Of a stretch of 64,000 bases of DNA, positions 1 through 19,763 are shown in pieces. Positions within the stretch are counted from its first letter, which is position 1; each line of letters opens with the position of its first letter. Origin of the DNA: the human T2T-CHM13v2.0 reference genome, Homo sapiens; assembly GCF_009914755.1 (NCBI RefSeq), contig NC_060926.1; one strand, written 5' to 3'. The translations under genes were made by a program, and so were the position numbers. The notes under the pieces were generated by a model. That model saw nothing but the letters and a program-made list of their open reading frames with translations, was not told the DNA's origin and ran no database searches.

Positions 1-239
1 GGCCAACAGAGGGAAAATCTTTGGGGGCATTGGCGGTGGGGGGAGAGAGGACCTGCTGACATTGTCAAAGTCTTTGTCTTTCTAGTTTGTTTTAAAGTCA
101 ACTTCCTGATGATAAAACGGTCCTCGTATCATGAGGCAACTGTCAGTCTATGATGAAATTACTTAAAATCTCCAATTAAAAACTCATTACGTTTATCTGA
201 AGGCTATTTTAAAAGTTATGAGCTAATCTAAATGGCCAA

Positions 240-778
<539 letters not shown>

Positions 779-1324
779 AACTAAGAGTATTTTTAAATCA
801 TCTTTCTACTTTTCTATTTTTCAAATTATCTGTGCATCACATTTTCTTGTAGTTGTTTTCCTGTTTTATATACATTACTTTTGTCACGGGAAGGACCCAA
901 GAAATTCTCCTTTCTGTAAAAGCTCACACCTTACTTTTTACAAATAATCTGAATTCAAAGCCTTTTGTGTTTCAAAGGGCAATGATATCTACAAAGAAAG
1001 GGTATTGCATTAACATTTCTGATTATATGAACTCTAGATACAAAAGGCAAAAAATAAACAGATTCTCCCCCCAAAAATCAAGCCTCAGGAGAAATGATCT
1101 TATTTTTTTTCTTTTCCCATAAGATCCAACTGGCAAGAAACTTCAGGCTGTGGAAAAGCACTAGACAGTCATAATATGGTGCAACATGGCTTTAATGATG
1201 TCATTTAAACCCTCTCACTGCAGGAAGAGGCTGCTTTAGTGATGAGTGTGGCAGAGGAGGAGCTGTCTCATACTAGCCTGCGGATTTCCTTTATGGAGTA
1301 AATCCTTTAAGATTCTTCTCAAGA

Positions 1325-1850
<526 letters not shown>

Positions 1851-1875
1851 AATTCTCCCAAAGTGTGAGAGAAAT

Positions 1876-2610
<735 letters not shown>

Positions 2611-2884
2611 CAGAAACTATAGCTATAGCTAGCTAGATAGTATATAGTAGAGTACAGATACTCAGTGAAGTGGTAATAACCAGCTGATGTACCCAGTATA
2701 ATATATGGACTCTGCAGCGAGTATAAGATCATTTCTCCAGAGGCTTGATTTTTTTGGGGGAGAATCTGTTTATCTTTTTGCCCTTTGTATCTAGAGTTCA
2801 TATATTTGGAAGTGTTAATGCAATAACATTTTTCTTTGTAGATATCATTGCCCTTTGAAACACAAAGTGCTTTGAATCAGATTA

Positions 2885-3367
<483 letters not shown>

Positions 3368-4057
3368 TTAGTCTCACCCTCTAGAGGCTATCACTATATT
3401 AATATTTTGATGGATTTTCTACTAGGTTATTTTTCATGCATAGTTTTACTTTTGTTTGTTTGTTTGTACTCTATAAACAATCTCATAAACTGCCTTTCTC
3501 ACAGAGCATTATCACATACTGGGCAGACTGGGCACCTGAGACACAGTCCTGGGTAACCAGGAGCAGAAGACTGGTTCAATATGAAATCCATAAGGCGCAG
3601 CTGAGCGGGAATTTGGAGAGCCAAGCAAGTGGATACTAAAAACAAGGAAGGAAGAAATGAAATTTCAGAAATTGGGCAATGTTGCCAAGAGTGGGGAGAT
3701 TGGAATTTGGGTTTAATGGAGGAAAAGAACAGTTTGCTGAAGTCCACCCAAAGACTTTTCCTAGGCTGTTTAACCACTGCACATGTGTGTTGGTCTTTGG
3801 CCCATGATATTTGCTTAGCATCTGACCCTAGATACATATACATCAGGGATTTGGCACCAAATGAGGCGTGTAAGGAAAAAGCAGAGGATTTTTCTCCTAG
3901 GAACCATAAAAGAAAAACAAATGTGTTGGCTCTATGTACTATAACAGGATGTGAGGGAAACACATTGAACTCTATATTCTACAGTTGTTCTAATTGTGCA
4001 TTTTACTTTCTGACAAATAGAGCCTCTAAGAATTGGTAGCATATTTGGCAGAGATTA

Positions 4058-4422
<365 letters not shown>

Positions 4423-5774
4423 TTATATTCATATTCAACATACTACTCTGAGATTTGAAGAGCAAAAGGCATGCTGTTGTTTTTCTTTGAAAACAGAATT
4501 TAAAAAAATATTTATTACTCATTGGAAAGAGTAATTAATAACATCAAAATGGGAAATATCTCAGTAAATAAATGCCCTAAGGTGGAATAGTTCCTATAAG
4601 CTATTCCTTTGTGAGAGCAATTTTTCCTAAAATCTCAAAGGAACTGGCCACTGCTTAATCTGAGAGGGAGGCAGGACAGAACCTTAACATTTCTGTGGTA
4701 AGACACTTAAGCCCTTATAGTTGCAATCCCTTACTCTAAGTTACTTGTCCGAGAATATCTAAGCTTATGCAAATTTTAGACTGAATATCAGAAGGCAAAT
4801 GGAAAAATTAATGAGTTGAAATGCTCTTGCTTTGATTAGGACCATGACATTTGAGTTTAGTTTAGTTGAAGTAAACATATTAACAAGCCAAGGAGAAAGA
4901 TAAGGAGGAGACAACACGTGAGAAGGCTGAACCAATCAAAGCAGGAGACCCAGGATGTGGATGTATGAAAATTCCAGGGAAGACTGTTTACCTCCCAGAC
5001 TCCAGAACAGGAGATTGGAATTTGCAAAGGCAAAAAAGATGAGAACTGGGCTTTATCAAGCAACCATAGTTTTCAGTTGCTTCATGCATGCCTTGGGTCT
5101 GTTTTGATAACCAGCATATCTTTTGTAACCCAGGCAAGAAGGAAAAATATGTGTCCTACTGAAGGGGCTGGACTAGATTGTGAGATGGGCTCTGAGCATT
5201 CCAGCCTCAAAGATAATTAAGACTCAAGAAGTTTTCTTCTTGAGCAAGAGTTCAGGAAAAGTTTATACTGACTTCACAACTGGCTCTGACCAAAAGTTTC
5301 AGTGCCCTTTTGTTGGAAGTATTAACTTACTTGACCCCTAGTTTGTACATAAAACTGGCTAAAGAGAAAGGAGGCAACATGAAAATGGATTTTAAAAATC
5401 CGGTTTTGAACTATGCCTGGCATGCTAAAATATTTAATTCTTCAACACTTGGCATTTAGAGAAGAGGGTGGATTTAAACAGACCAGCTGGCTAATTACAC
5501 TTTGCCAACATTCCTACTGGCTGCTTACTGGGTGAGTCCTGTTTATGTCAAAGTCTAACTCTGTCCTTTATCCCTTATCATGGCCAAGAAATGGAATCCC
5601 ATGCATTTTACTTAATATGAAATGTTCTGGTGAAACCCAAAGCAACAAAGGCCACTTTACTTTCTTGGTGAGCTGGACAAGGCAGGTGGTACTTGAAGGT
5701 TGTGGAGAAGTCTCCGGACAGGCTTAAAGTTATGAACAACTAAGATTCCAGCTTACCACCCTCCCCACCTCCTT

Positions 5775-6176
5775 TTATTTATTTATTTAGAGACAAGATC
5801 TTGCTCTGTCACCCAGGCTGGAGTACTGGGTTGTGCTCCTAGCTCACTGCAGCCTCGAAATCCTGGCCTTAAATGATCCTCCTGCCCTAGCCTCCCAAAG
5901 TGCAAGGCCAACCTCATTTTAGTGAAGATAATTTTTTTATCCTTAATTAAGATATTGTGAAGCCTGGGCACAGTGGCTCATGCTTGTAATTCCAGCACTT
6001 TGGGAGGCCGAGGTGGGCAGATCCCTTGGGCCCAGGATTAGGAGATTAGCCTAGGTAATATAGTGAACCCCATCTCTACAAAAAATACAAAAATGAGGCA
6101 AATGAGCCGTGTGTGGTGGTGTGCACCTGTAGATCCAGCTACTTGGGAGGCTGAGGTGGGAGGATCACTCCAGTGT
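5775..6176. mobile_element. Two divergent Alu fragments (minus 5775-5905; plus 5962-6176)
   Basis: Partial AluJ/FLAM-like sequences. Confidence 0.85.
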
Positions 6177-7169
6177 AAAGACATTTTAATTAAATAAATT
6201 TTTGAAAAGTAAAGACACTGTGCTGACCAGACAAAACGCATCCGTGAGCTGTATTTTGCTTTAAGGGCTACCAATTTGTGCCTGCTATCTAGTGACAGCT
6301 CATAATTGAAGGTCTGAATTTTTGGGCTCCACTTAATTTGTTAAAAGTGGCTTGCAAAACTCCTTTATAGGAGAGGAAACGATTGTCCAAATCTTCTGCA
6401 TGTTCTAAAATTAGGTAAAAACATTTTTCCTATAACTTTTCTAGTGCCATTAAATGAAGTGTCCTTGGAAGGAAGATGTTCATCTTGGAAATTGCTAGGT
6501 GAGGGTTGCCCTTCACTTTCTCAATGAATAGCTAGCAGTAAATACTCAGGGTCCCCCTCCATCGCCCCCACTCCAATCTTAGGGGTTATCAGCACACCAC
6601 TCTGGACCACTCCTTAATCCCAGGCGTACTGGGCTCTGCTATGTACTTCCAAAATCCCAGTGGCACCATAAAGGAAGCAAGCCATCATTACAGTGACTTT
6701 TAAGTCAGTTTTGTGAATAAGGCCGGAAGTTTTTGTTGATGAGAAAGAGAGATTACTGTGTTGCTTTGTATAAATAAATAAAAATAAATTCCTCTTAAGG
6801 TGGGTGCTCCTATGGGGAGAAGTTTGAATGGGTATGATTTACAGTAGCGATAGTAATATTTAGACAAGGATAGAACTATGGCTTTTAAAATCCTCTAAGG
6901 CTCTAGAGCCTTATTTTTAGACCCCTTATCTGAGAATTTCTGAGAATTTCTCTCTAAACTCCTCAATAAGGATATTACTAAAAAATAGCTTTAATACATA
7001 GCATATATTCCTAAGCACATCTGTGCAAACCTTTCCTCTGGCTAGACCACAGCCTTCAGGATCTTCTGCTACAGTTAGACATAAATATCCATGCTCCAGG
7101 CTGCCACAGCAAAAATGACACCAGCAAACAGTTACCAACCACTTATGGTATATCTAGTACTGTGTATAT

Positions 7170-7490
7170 AAAAAGTGAAATAGAAATATGTATCAGCTGG
7201 ATGATACAAAGAAGAGGGCTATCAGACTAGCTGGAGTAAAGGGTTAGAAAAGTGGGTTGGAGATAGACTATAGGGAGTTTTGCAAGCTAGACTGAGGAGT
7301 TCAGACATTTTCCTGGAGGTAGGGAGCCATTGAAAGTTTTTGAGCAGGGAAGTGAAATGATGGAAGAGGCTTTTGGAAGGCTTAACCAGGCAGACATCTG
7401 CAAGATGGTTCAGAAGGGGGACAGACTAGAGGCTTGGAAATCAATAATAATAATAAATTCAAGCATAAAATCATCTAAAGACTTACAGTG
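7170..7490 (-). mobile_element. L2 fragment
   Basis: agggagccattgaaagtttttgagcagggaagtgaaatgat. Confidence 0.65.
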
Positions 7491-7514
7491 ACAATAGGAT
7501 ACTGAGTTACAGCG

Positions 7515-7760
7515 AAGAATAGCTAACATTAACTGCATGCTGTCCATATTGTTGTGAGTGCTTTATATGCACTAGTTAATATTTTCAACAACATGCAGAG
7601 GTGGATGATAGTAAAATCACTCTTTTTCATATAAGGAAACTGAGGCTTAGAGCTGTGAAAACACTTGCTCACTATTAACTGGCTAAGAAGTATCAGAGCT
7701 GGAATTCAAACCCAGGTAGTCTGCCTTTAGGGCCTTTGCCTTCAACCAAGCTCTACAATG
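7515..7760 (-). mobile_element. MIR
   Basis: aatagctaacatt..ataaggaaactgaggcttagag..gagctggaattcaaacccaggtagtctg. Confidence 0.85.
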
Positions 7761-8316
7761 CCTTTTAGCTACTTGTAGCCAAGCGTCTCAGACCCTGGCC
7801 CTCCCCTGCCATTGTGGTAAGGCTGGGACCCAGCCTGGGACTGTTATCACCCTGCCTCATTGTCTATTTTGTTTGTTGACAGACCTCTTCCTCAGATAGC
7901 ATCCTCGCCAAGGTGTTAACTTCAAGAAACTCAAAACACTTGCCAAGGCTTGCATCTATTTCAAAGGAAACTTGTGAGCAAAGAAGGGGAAAAGATGAGA
8001 CATAAATACTGTGCAAATATCCCTCATGACTGCTCACCACATTCTAGTAGAAGAAGGAAGGAAATTCAGGTCTTTCTGCCCTGTTGCTTGCCATTGGACA
8101 TTAATGATGTTACCCGCCTGGCCTCACTGGCCTTGGTTCAGTGGTTTTAGGATGCATTTACTTCCCAAATGGGAGAGTTGGAGCTCATGTAATTTTAAAT
8201 TGTTCAGTGTTTTACTGGCATCCTTTTGTCACCATTGGATGGAGAGGATTTATTGTGAACTCAAACTGACTACATGTTTTTTTCAAAGCTACCGTGAAAG
8301 TTCCCAAACATTTTGA

Positions 8317-8688
<372 letters not shown>

Positions 8689-9462
8689 TGACATTGAAAT
8701 TTTTTAAAAAACATTTGTTCTCACAAATTAAAAGCCTGACATAGAGTCAACCAGAAGGTGACCTAATTAAATTATGTTTAAATTAAGGTAATTCCATACA
8801 GGTTGCATGGAATAATTTATTTTTATAATTATGACATTTTCCTGTATAAAGATAGCTATGAACTTAGAGAACATTAATTTTGGCTAGGACTCTAAAATAT
8901 GTTTACTCTTTTTATACTTCCTAATAATGCTGCAGTGTTAGAGGAATTCTATTGTAGGAAAACAGAGAATACTTTAATTGTAGACCTAAACTATTTATAA
9001 ATTATTGTCGTCATCTCATACAATGGAGGAGCTTAACACACACGTATTTGATTTGACACCAATTTCAGCAAAACATTTATTGAGGTTGTGCACATAACTA
9101 AATCCATGTGGTGAGGTTTTATTGCTAGGTTGCATTCTCTGTGCTGAGTTATATCAACAATACTTTGTTTACTGTTTTAGCAGGATGACCTCTGCACTAG
9201 TCAGAGGTCAGGCCTAGCTACATTCTACTGCATCAGCACATCAACCTATTGATTAATTGTTGAGTCTTTTTTTAAGTTTAAACTTCGGCCAGGCAGTGAT
9301 TGAAATGGATTTATTTTTGCAAGTAAGCAGATTACAGAGGCAAGCAACCTTAGAAGGACTATTGAGAAATCATGAAATAATTTTGTTTGGAAAGTTAAAC
9401 AAATGTCTTTATTTCATAAGATAAACATCTAAATCAGAGTGGGTGCACATGCAGTTCTCTAG

Positions 9463-9870
<408 letters not shown>

Positions 9871-10569
9871 TAAAAAATTTTAAGTAATCCCTGTTTGATT
9901 TAGTATGGGTCTCATTTTAGTCAGAATTGGTATTAAAAAGTAGGACTTTTTTTTTTTTTAACAGTAGAGAAAGTTCATCAAATCCTTGAGGAAAAGTTTA
10001 ACATTTAGGTCACTCTTCTAATAATACTGAGTTTGTAGAACTGATATTGATTGAGAACTAAGAATTCTGTTTCTTCTTAGGAGTTTTAAAAATTGATTTC
10101 AGAGAATCAATTTTTAAAAGTCAACCTTCCCCAAATCCACATTTCTTATTAAATTTTACTTTATGTTATTTTACTGTATTTTCCTTAATTTTTTACCTTC
10201 AGAATTGAGGGCTTTTTTTCCATTTAAACAATAAAATTCATTAAAATGGTTTTTGGGCTGATGAAATCTTAAAAACAATCTGTTTCTTAAAAATTTTAGA
10301 CCCATGTTGTATACAAACATCTTGTAATAAAAGACTCAATGATAATGTATGAAAGAGCCCCTCACCACCTTCCCATCCCCATGATACCTCCAGCTGCAGT
10401 ACTGTGCTCAGCTCTCATCCTGAGGAGCTTACACACACACAGCTCTCTATTAACATGTGGACAAATTACTTTCCAGTTCCCTCCTCCCCAACATTTCTAT
10501 TTCATTTTCATAACATTCATTTTTTGATAAACCTGTAACAGACTTTATATGATAAATAATGGTTGAAAC

Positions 10570-10880
10570 AGCTGGGCGTGTTGGCTCATGCCTGTAATCC
10601 CAGAACTTTGGGAGGCCGAGGCAGGTGGATCACCTGAGGTCAGGAGTTGGATACCAGCCTGGTCAACAGGGTGAAACCCCATATCTATTAAAAAAATACA
10701 AAAATTAGCTGGATTTGGTGGCAGGTGCTTGTAATCCCAGCTACTCAGGAGGCTGAGGTAGCAGAATCGTTTGAACCGGGGAGGCGGAGGTTGCAGTAAA
10801 CCGAGATCACGCCACTGCACTCCAGCCTGGGTGACAGAGCAAGACTCGGTCTCAAAAAAACAAAAACAAAAGCAAAAAAA
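10570..10880 (+). mobile_element. AluS
   Basis: Alu consensus. Confidence 0.95.
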
Positions 10881-11299
10881 CTGTTGAAGCAACTGATTAA
10901 ACAAATATGTCTCATTAGGGAATCTTTTATCTGGCCGTGTTACTCTTGTCCACTGTTGGGTAACTCTTTGTCTGTGTCCAGGAGAATCTAGAGATGCATT
11001 CTGTCTACACTCTGTCAGGACCATAAACAATTTATTTCTGTCCCATATTATTACTTCTATGATCAAGAAGAAGAGCGTTCTGGACAGCCTTACAGAGAGG
11101 GTCACCTGAAACAGATTTTGATGACTTTCAACCATTCCTTTCCTGTCTGTCTTGCCTTCTCTTCTCCCTCTCTTTTACTTTCACTCTTTTCTTTTTCTTT
11201 TTCTTGTGTTTGTTAGGAATGCATGATTGTTGTTCATTTTAGGGTTAAACCAGAATCTGTTTTAGTCAGGGTTCTCCAGAGAGACAGAATCAATTATAC

Positions 11300-11333
<34 letters not shown>

Positions 11334-12076
11334 ATATATATATATATATAATTATAAAATGTCTTTAATTATATATAATGCCTCTATATATTATTATATA
11401 TAACATATTTGTATTATATATATATATTTTGCATTGGTAACTATGAATTTTATTATGTGGACATCTACTGTGGCATGCATCTGTACAAACCTTTCAGGCC
11501 GTGGTCCACAGCTGGGTTATGAATAAAAAGGCATACATTTTTCTCTCATTTTATTGCAATGAAGTTTACCGGTACAGAAAAGTCACATGACATTGGTGGG
11601 TCAGATTTCTTAAAACCTGCAACATGAGGAACTCTAAATACAGTAAATATTGTTACACATTCAGACTTCCAATGTACAAGTACTTGGAAACAGTTACACC
11701 CCTCACCAAGCTAGATTGGGGACTTGAAGTCCAACAGCATCTGAAATGCTGTGAAGGCATAACTTTACAAAAGAGCAATGTAAGGTTACAGAACTTGCCT
11801 TTATTAAAGTGATATGTTCATGTTATTCCAGCACCTTCACAATTTAATGAACCAAATTTACTATACTTCACTTCTACAAACCTAGATGAAACATGAAAAC
11901 GAAGCCACACAGTATAAATTGCAACTTCAGGAAAAGCTCCTGCTTTATTATTCCACATAATTTTTCCCATGTAAAATCAACGTCCAATAGTTCCTGGTAT
12001 GTGGGAAGATAATATTTGTTAAAGTCACAATGAAGCCTTATTGATGGAAGCTTGGATATATAAACAGCACAAGTTA

Positions 12077-12495
<419 letters not shown>

Positions 12496-13228
12496 TTACA
12501 GGAGGTCTCATTCCCATTGGAGGTCGAGGAGGCCCACTCTGGTAAGGGGGCACTGTTGGCGGTCCCTGCCCATATGGGGGGATAGCACCAGGAAGGTATG
12601 CTGGCATGGCTTGATGATGACCACCATACTGACCATGAGGCGGCACTGGGGGGTCTCACTCCTTGTTGCTGTGGGATGCCTGGCTATGGTGGCGTCATAC
12701 TTCCAATTGGTTCAACTGGTGGATTACCAATGGGGGCCTCTCCTTGCAGAGGAAGATTATGTTGATCTCTAGGTAACCGTGCCCTTCTGTCTTCCAGATA
12801 TATACCCTCATCTGGATGGATCAACTTACTGGTTGCATTGGTTGTTACAAGTGTAGCAGGCTTACTTGTTATTGAAGCTGCTGGTTTAGCTGCAGTACTA
12901 TTTGTTGTACTAGTGGTTGAATCTGCAGACTGTGTATAAGCAGAGAACATAGGCTTTGGGGATGCTGTAGTTGCTTCAGGGGTACTATTTAAGGGTTTGA
13001 AATCTGTACCAACAGGTCCTTGGACAGCTGCCTGAGCCTGTCCAGCACTGGAGAAAAGAGGCTTCGTAACTGGAGGCTGTGGAGCAGGTACAGTTGCTGT
13101 TGGTGCAGGTGGTCTGTTAAGAATACCTGGTGCTGAAACAGCCTGTGTTTGGGTCACTGGAGGATTCTAGGATGTGGAATGGGGGTCGGGGAGTGGAGGG
13201 GATACCTGGTGACATTCCAGGCATCAGA

Positions 13229-13300
13229 GGTGGTATTCCTGGTCCAGGTGGTGTATTCCTGGTCCAGGTGGTGTATTCCTGGTCCAGGTGGTATATTCCA
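13229..13300. repeat. 20-bp tandem repeat inside the ZNF207 retrocopy
   Basis: GGTGGTGTATTCCTGGTCCA, about 3.5 copies. Confidence 0.92.
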
Positions 13301-14112
13301 CCCATTGGCATCATTATGTTTTCACCGAAAAATGACTGGGTGCATTTTCTTTGATGATGCAATCCAGGTGGCATGGCTGGCATAACTGGTGGCATTCCTG
13401 GCATCAGAGGAGGAACACCTGGCATTAATGGAGCTATGCCTAGAGGCATTCCTGGTGCTCCTGGTACTGGCGGCAGTCCTGGCTGTGCCACTGGAGGAAT
13501 ATAACCTTGTTGAAGTTGAACAGGTTGTGGGTGAAATGAAGTTGAGCCTGCAGAGTCGTCGTCATCGTATTCATCAGAATCATCTTGTTCCTTCTTTTTT
13601 TGACTTTCTTGTGTTTTCTGTTCAAGAACTTGTCGTCCTTCATCCATGTCTTTTTCTGGAATACCTTCCATACCATATATTTCCAATTCTATGTCTGTTA
13701 TCCCAGGTATTGCATTTGGTACAGCATCTATTATTTCTTTATGCACCTGCATGCAATGAATGGCTAAGCCAGGTCCTGGATACAATTTCTTGTGACATAT
13801 ATGACATTTAAAATGCTTTGCTTTTTGGTGCTGTATAAGGATCTTCTCATCACCAAAATCTCTATTACAATACCAGCACCACGGCTTCCGCTGCTTCTTC
13901 TTCTTGCCCCATAACTGCGCTCTACCAACAAAATAAAAGGGAGGAGAAAAGAAGCAAGAGAAACAAGGCAAAAAATCACTCACGTTCCCAACCAAATGGT
14001 TACCACTGCGTCCCACAGGAAGCAGACATAAAATGCTATATTATATTATAAATATATACTTATAAGTATATTTATGAGTGTTTATAAGTATTATAAGTAT
14101 ATTATAAATATA

Positions 14113-14415
14113 TTTTATTTATTTATTTATTTATTTGAGATGGAGTCTTGCTCTGTTGCACAAGCTGGAGTGCAGTGGCCTGATCTCAGCTCACTGCAAC
14201 CCCCGTCTCCTAGGTTCAGCACTTCTCCTGCCTCAGCCTTCCGAGTAGCTGGGACCACAGACGCATGCCACCACGCTTGGCTAATTTTTGTATTTTTAGT
14301 AGAGACAGGGTTTCACCATGTCGGCCAGGCTGGTCTCAAACTCCTGACCTCGTGATCCACCCGCCTCGGCCTCTTAAAGTTCTGGGATTACAGTTGTGAG
14401 CCACCGCGTCTGGCC
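14113..14415 (-). mobile_element. AluS in an AT-rich tract
   Basis: Alu consensus. Confidence 0.93.
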
Positions 14416-14944
14416 TATATTTATATATTATATATTTTATACATAACTGATTATATATAAATATAAAAATTATATAATTATATATTAAAATATAATTTCT
14501 ATAAAATATTATAATATATATGATTTTTAGATATTATATATAATCAGTTATATAGTATATATAATTTGTATATATATAGACAGAGAGAAAGAGAAAGAGA
14601 AAGAGAGAGATAGGATAAGGGATTTATTAGGGGAACTTGGCTCCATTACAAGTCCAATGATAGACCATTTGCAAGCTGGAGAACCAGGGAAGCCAATAGC
14701 ATGACTTAATCCAAGTCTGAAGGCCTTGGATTATATATAACTCAGTCTGAGGTTGAAGGCCCAAGTGCCTAGGAGGTGGCTGGTGCAAGTCCTAGAGTCC
14801 AAAAGCCCAGAGAACCTGGAGTTTTGACACTCAAGGGCAGGAGAAAGATGTCCCAGCTCCAAAAGAGAGAGCATAGACTTTACAAGTGGAGTCACATTTG
14901 CCTGGTGGATTACATCCAAATGCCAGTGAGCACTGATTTTGCAA

Positions 14945-15145
14945 CATTGTGGCACAGTGAGTTCAGGGGCAGAGAGGCTCATATTTGAATCCAGCACTTG
15001 CTTGCTCTGTGGCTACAGCAAATTACCTAATCTAGCTAACCTCAAATTGTTCAATAAAATAGGAGTAATAAGGTTGGTTGTTGTGAGGAATGAATGAAAT
15101 AATGTATGCCACACTTCCTGGCATAATAAACGGTAGTTTTTATTA
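14945..15145 (+). mobile_element. MIR
   Basis: tttgaatccagcact..acctcaaatt..aaaataggagtaata..gttgtgaggaatgaatgaaataatg. Confidence 0.7.
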
Positions 15146-15379
15146 CCACAGTGTCAGCAGTACTTGCCTTGGGGATGGTGTCGGGGAGAGAGGAAACCTT
15201 AGTAGATTTTGATCACTGGCTTGGCTTCTGGAAAGGCACTTCCTGAATTTACAAAAGTTTTTGTGAGGAAGTAGAGAAAGGAGGGATCGCATGTAAAGTG
15301 GCTCAGACAATTCATTGGGTGAGACATTTTGAATTAGAAAAGCTCAAAAGGGGTAAGCACAAAAAGTTTACGGGACGAA

Positions 15380-15850
15380 ATCAAAATGCTGAGATGCAAG
15401 ATGGGAAAGGTGGGCTTCAGCTTGAATGACAGCCCTGCTAGAATTAGTTCAATGAGTGCTGTTTATTTATAAAGTCAGTAAGATAGTGGGATGCATAAAA
15501 GTCAAAGGGCAGGAAGTGGCTTCTCAGCTTTTCCCAGCACTGGTCTGACCTCAACTGTGGCTACTTTGTGTCTCCCCTTTAAGGAGGTTGTGGGGAACTG
15601 GCAGAGCTCCAGAGAAGAGCAAAAATGTAATTAAGGCTTGGAAAATAAAGGCTATGAGGAAAGGCCAGAAAGCTGTAGGGTTAGTTAACTTAGAGAAGAA
15701 AGGTCCAACTGATTTGAAGGGTCATTAACAGAAAAACATTGGTTGTTTCTCATCTCCACAAACAACAGGACAAGAGGAAAGAAGCTTACATTGCACTGGA
15801 GAAGGGTTTGGCCTGTGAGAATTGTTAACAAGGAAGCTCTCAAGCCTCGT
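15380..15850 (+). mobile_element. CR1/L3 LINE relic (RT C-terminus)
   Basis: cagcactggtctgacctcaactg..cagagaagagcaa..ggcttggaaaata..tatgaggaaagg..ttagagaagaaagg..aggacaagaggaaa matches a decayed ALVRPHLEY..QRRATK..GLE..YEERL..LEKRR..RTRG. Confidence 0.75.
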
Positions 15851-16451
15851 GCTGGCAATTGAAAAAGAAAATGGATTAAAGTGCAACTACTGTGTGCCCA
15901 CCCATTCATTCACACTGACTTGCAAAGGGAGTGTGAAGGTGGTTTCAGAAACCGTTTGCATAAGTTTGAAAAATAAACCTGTTGTTTCCTCTTCATTTGA
16001 ACTCATTTAGTTGTTTACTATTTAAATCCAGATATTAACAAAAAGTTAGTTTGAAGGTTTAGATGCAAATTAGATCGGTTCAGAACTTTCTAGGTAAGGC
16101 CTTGCCCTATTAGGTTGATTTTGACCACCACAATCTTTTAGGCCAGGCTTATTCACTACATCTCAGGAGAAACTATATTTGGTTGTGACTTTTGGGAAGA
16201 GTCGGATAAACCCCAGTGCTGGCATCTATATTATTGCACAGCAAGGCTGCAGTGATCTGAACCCGCAGGCCTCTCTGTCTTTCATTTTGGCCCTTTGGCT
16301 GGCGATAGAAAAGGTGTGGCCCTGCAAGGATTATGAAGAGTTTCAGCTCAGGATGTGGTGGTGTCCAAGTTAGAGGGAGAGGTGTACATTTGTTTCTGCA
16401 AATATGTGGTCTCTCAATGATTCCTGCTATGCTTCCAATTTAGGTGACTGA

Positions 16452-17107
<656 letters not shown>

Positions 17108-17149
17108 TTAATGAAGATTTCAAAAAGACTAAAAGAGCTTTACCCATCA

Positions 17150-17570
17150 TATTTCTGTTCTCCTTTCCATCTACCTCTTTCCATTAGCATTTCTGTTATT
17201 AATTTTCAATTACCTTAGTAATACAGAACAATATATCTTGGGATATTTCCATGTTGGCATGTATAGCTCTACTTCCTTTGTTTTAACTAGTGCTTTTTTA
17301 TTCCTTAGTATAGATATACTGTCATTTATTTTTGACATAATTTAAAAATACTTTAGTAATAATGGTGAAGGCAGAATAATGGTTACCTTTGGAGGGGTAT
17401 TGGTCGTATGTGGCGTGCAGGAATATCTGGGAGGATGCTATAAATAAATGTTCTATATTTGGCTCTGAGTAGTGATTATATAGGTGTATACACATATATA
17501 AAATTGTCATTTTTATACTTTACATACTTTATTGTATGTAAATTATACCTCAATACAAAAGTTTTTAAAG
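17150..17570. mobile_element. Ancient L1M fragments
   Basis: aataatggttacctttggagggg..aatgttctatattt..tatacttt..ttattgtatgtaaattatacctcaata is an L1M 3' end. Confidence 0.6.
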
Positions 17571-17754
17571 TGAACTAAAATCATCATATATTAAAGGTAT
17601 TATAAAGTGTTAAATTTCATTTCTAAAGAAATAGGACAGGGATGCAGAAAAGGAGAGGTGGGGAGGAAGGGAGCTAACATTTATTAAGCACCTTCTATCT
17701 GTGTATTATATAATTTCTTATATAATTATCAACAACTCTGTGGAGTGGGTATTC

Positions 17755-18043
<289 letters not shown>

Positions 18044-18045
18044 CC

Positions 18046-19637
<1,592 letters not shown>

Positions 19638-19763
19638 GGAGTGGATATTCATATTCCATTTTTTGTAGACGAGAAAATATAAAAAGGGTGGCCAGGCGCG
19701 GTGGCTCCCGCCTGTAATCCCAGCACTTTGGGAGGCTGAAGTGGGCGGATCAGGAGTTCAGGA

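Noticed and set aside
3499-4039. Overlapping 154-aa and 136-aa ORFs next to the inverted repeat
   Set aside because: No recognisable homology or exon structure; consistent with chance.
6300-6420. Possible small plus-strand exon ending TAG|GTAAAA
   Set aside because: Splice-like signals alone are too common to support a call without transcript data.
13117-14016. 299-aa ORF as an intact ZNF207 gene
   Set aside because: It starts at a non-ATG codon in the retro-5'UTR, the native ATG is frameshifted, and there are downstream frameshifts and a nonsense codon; kept only as a hypothesis.
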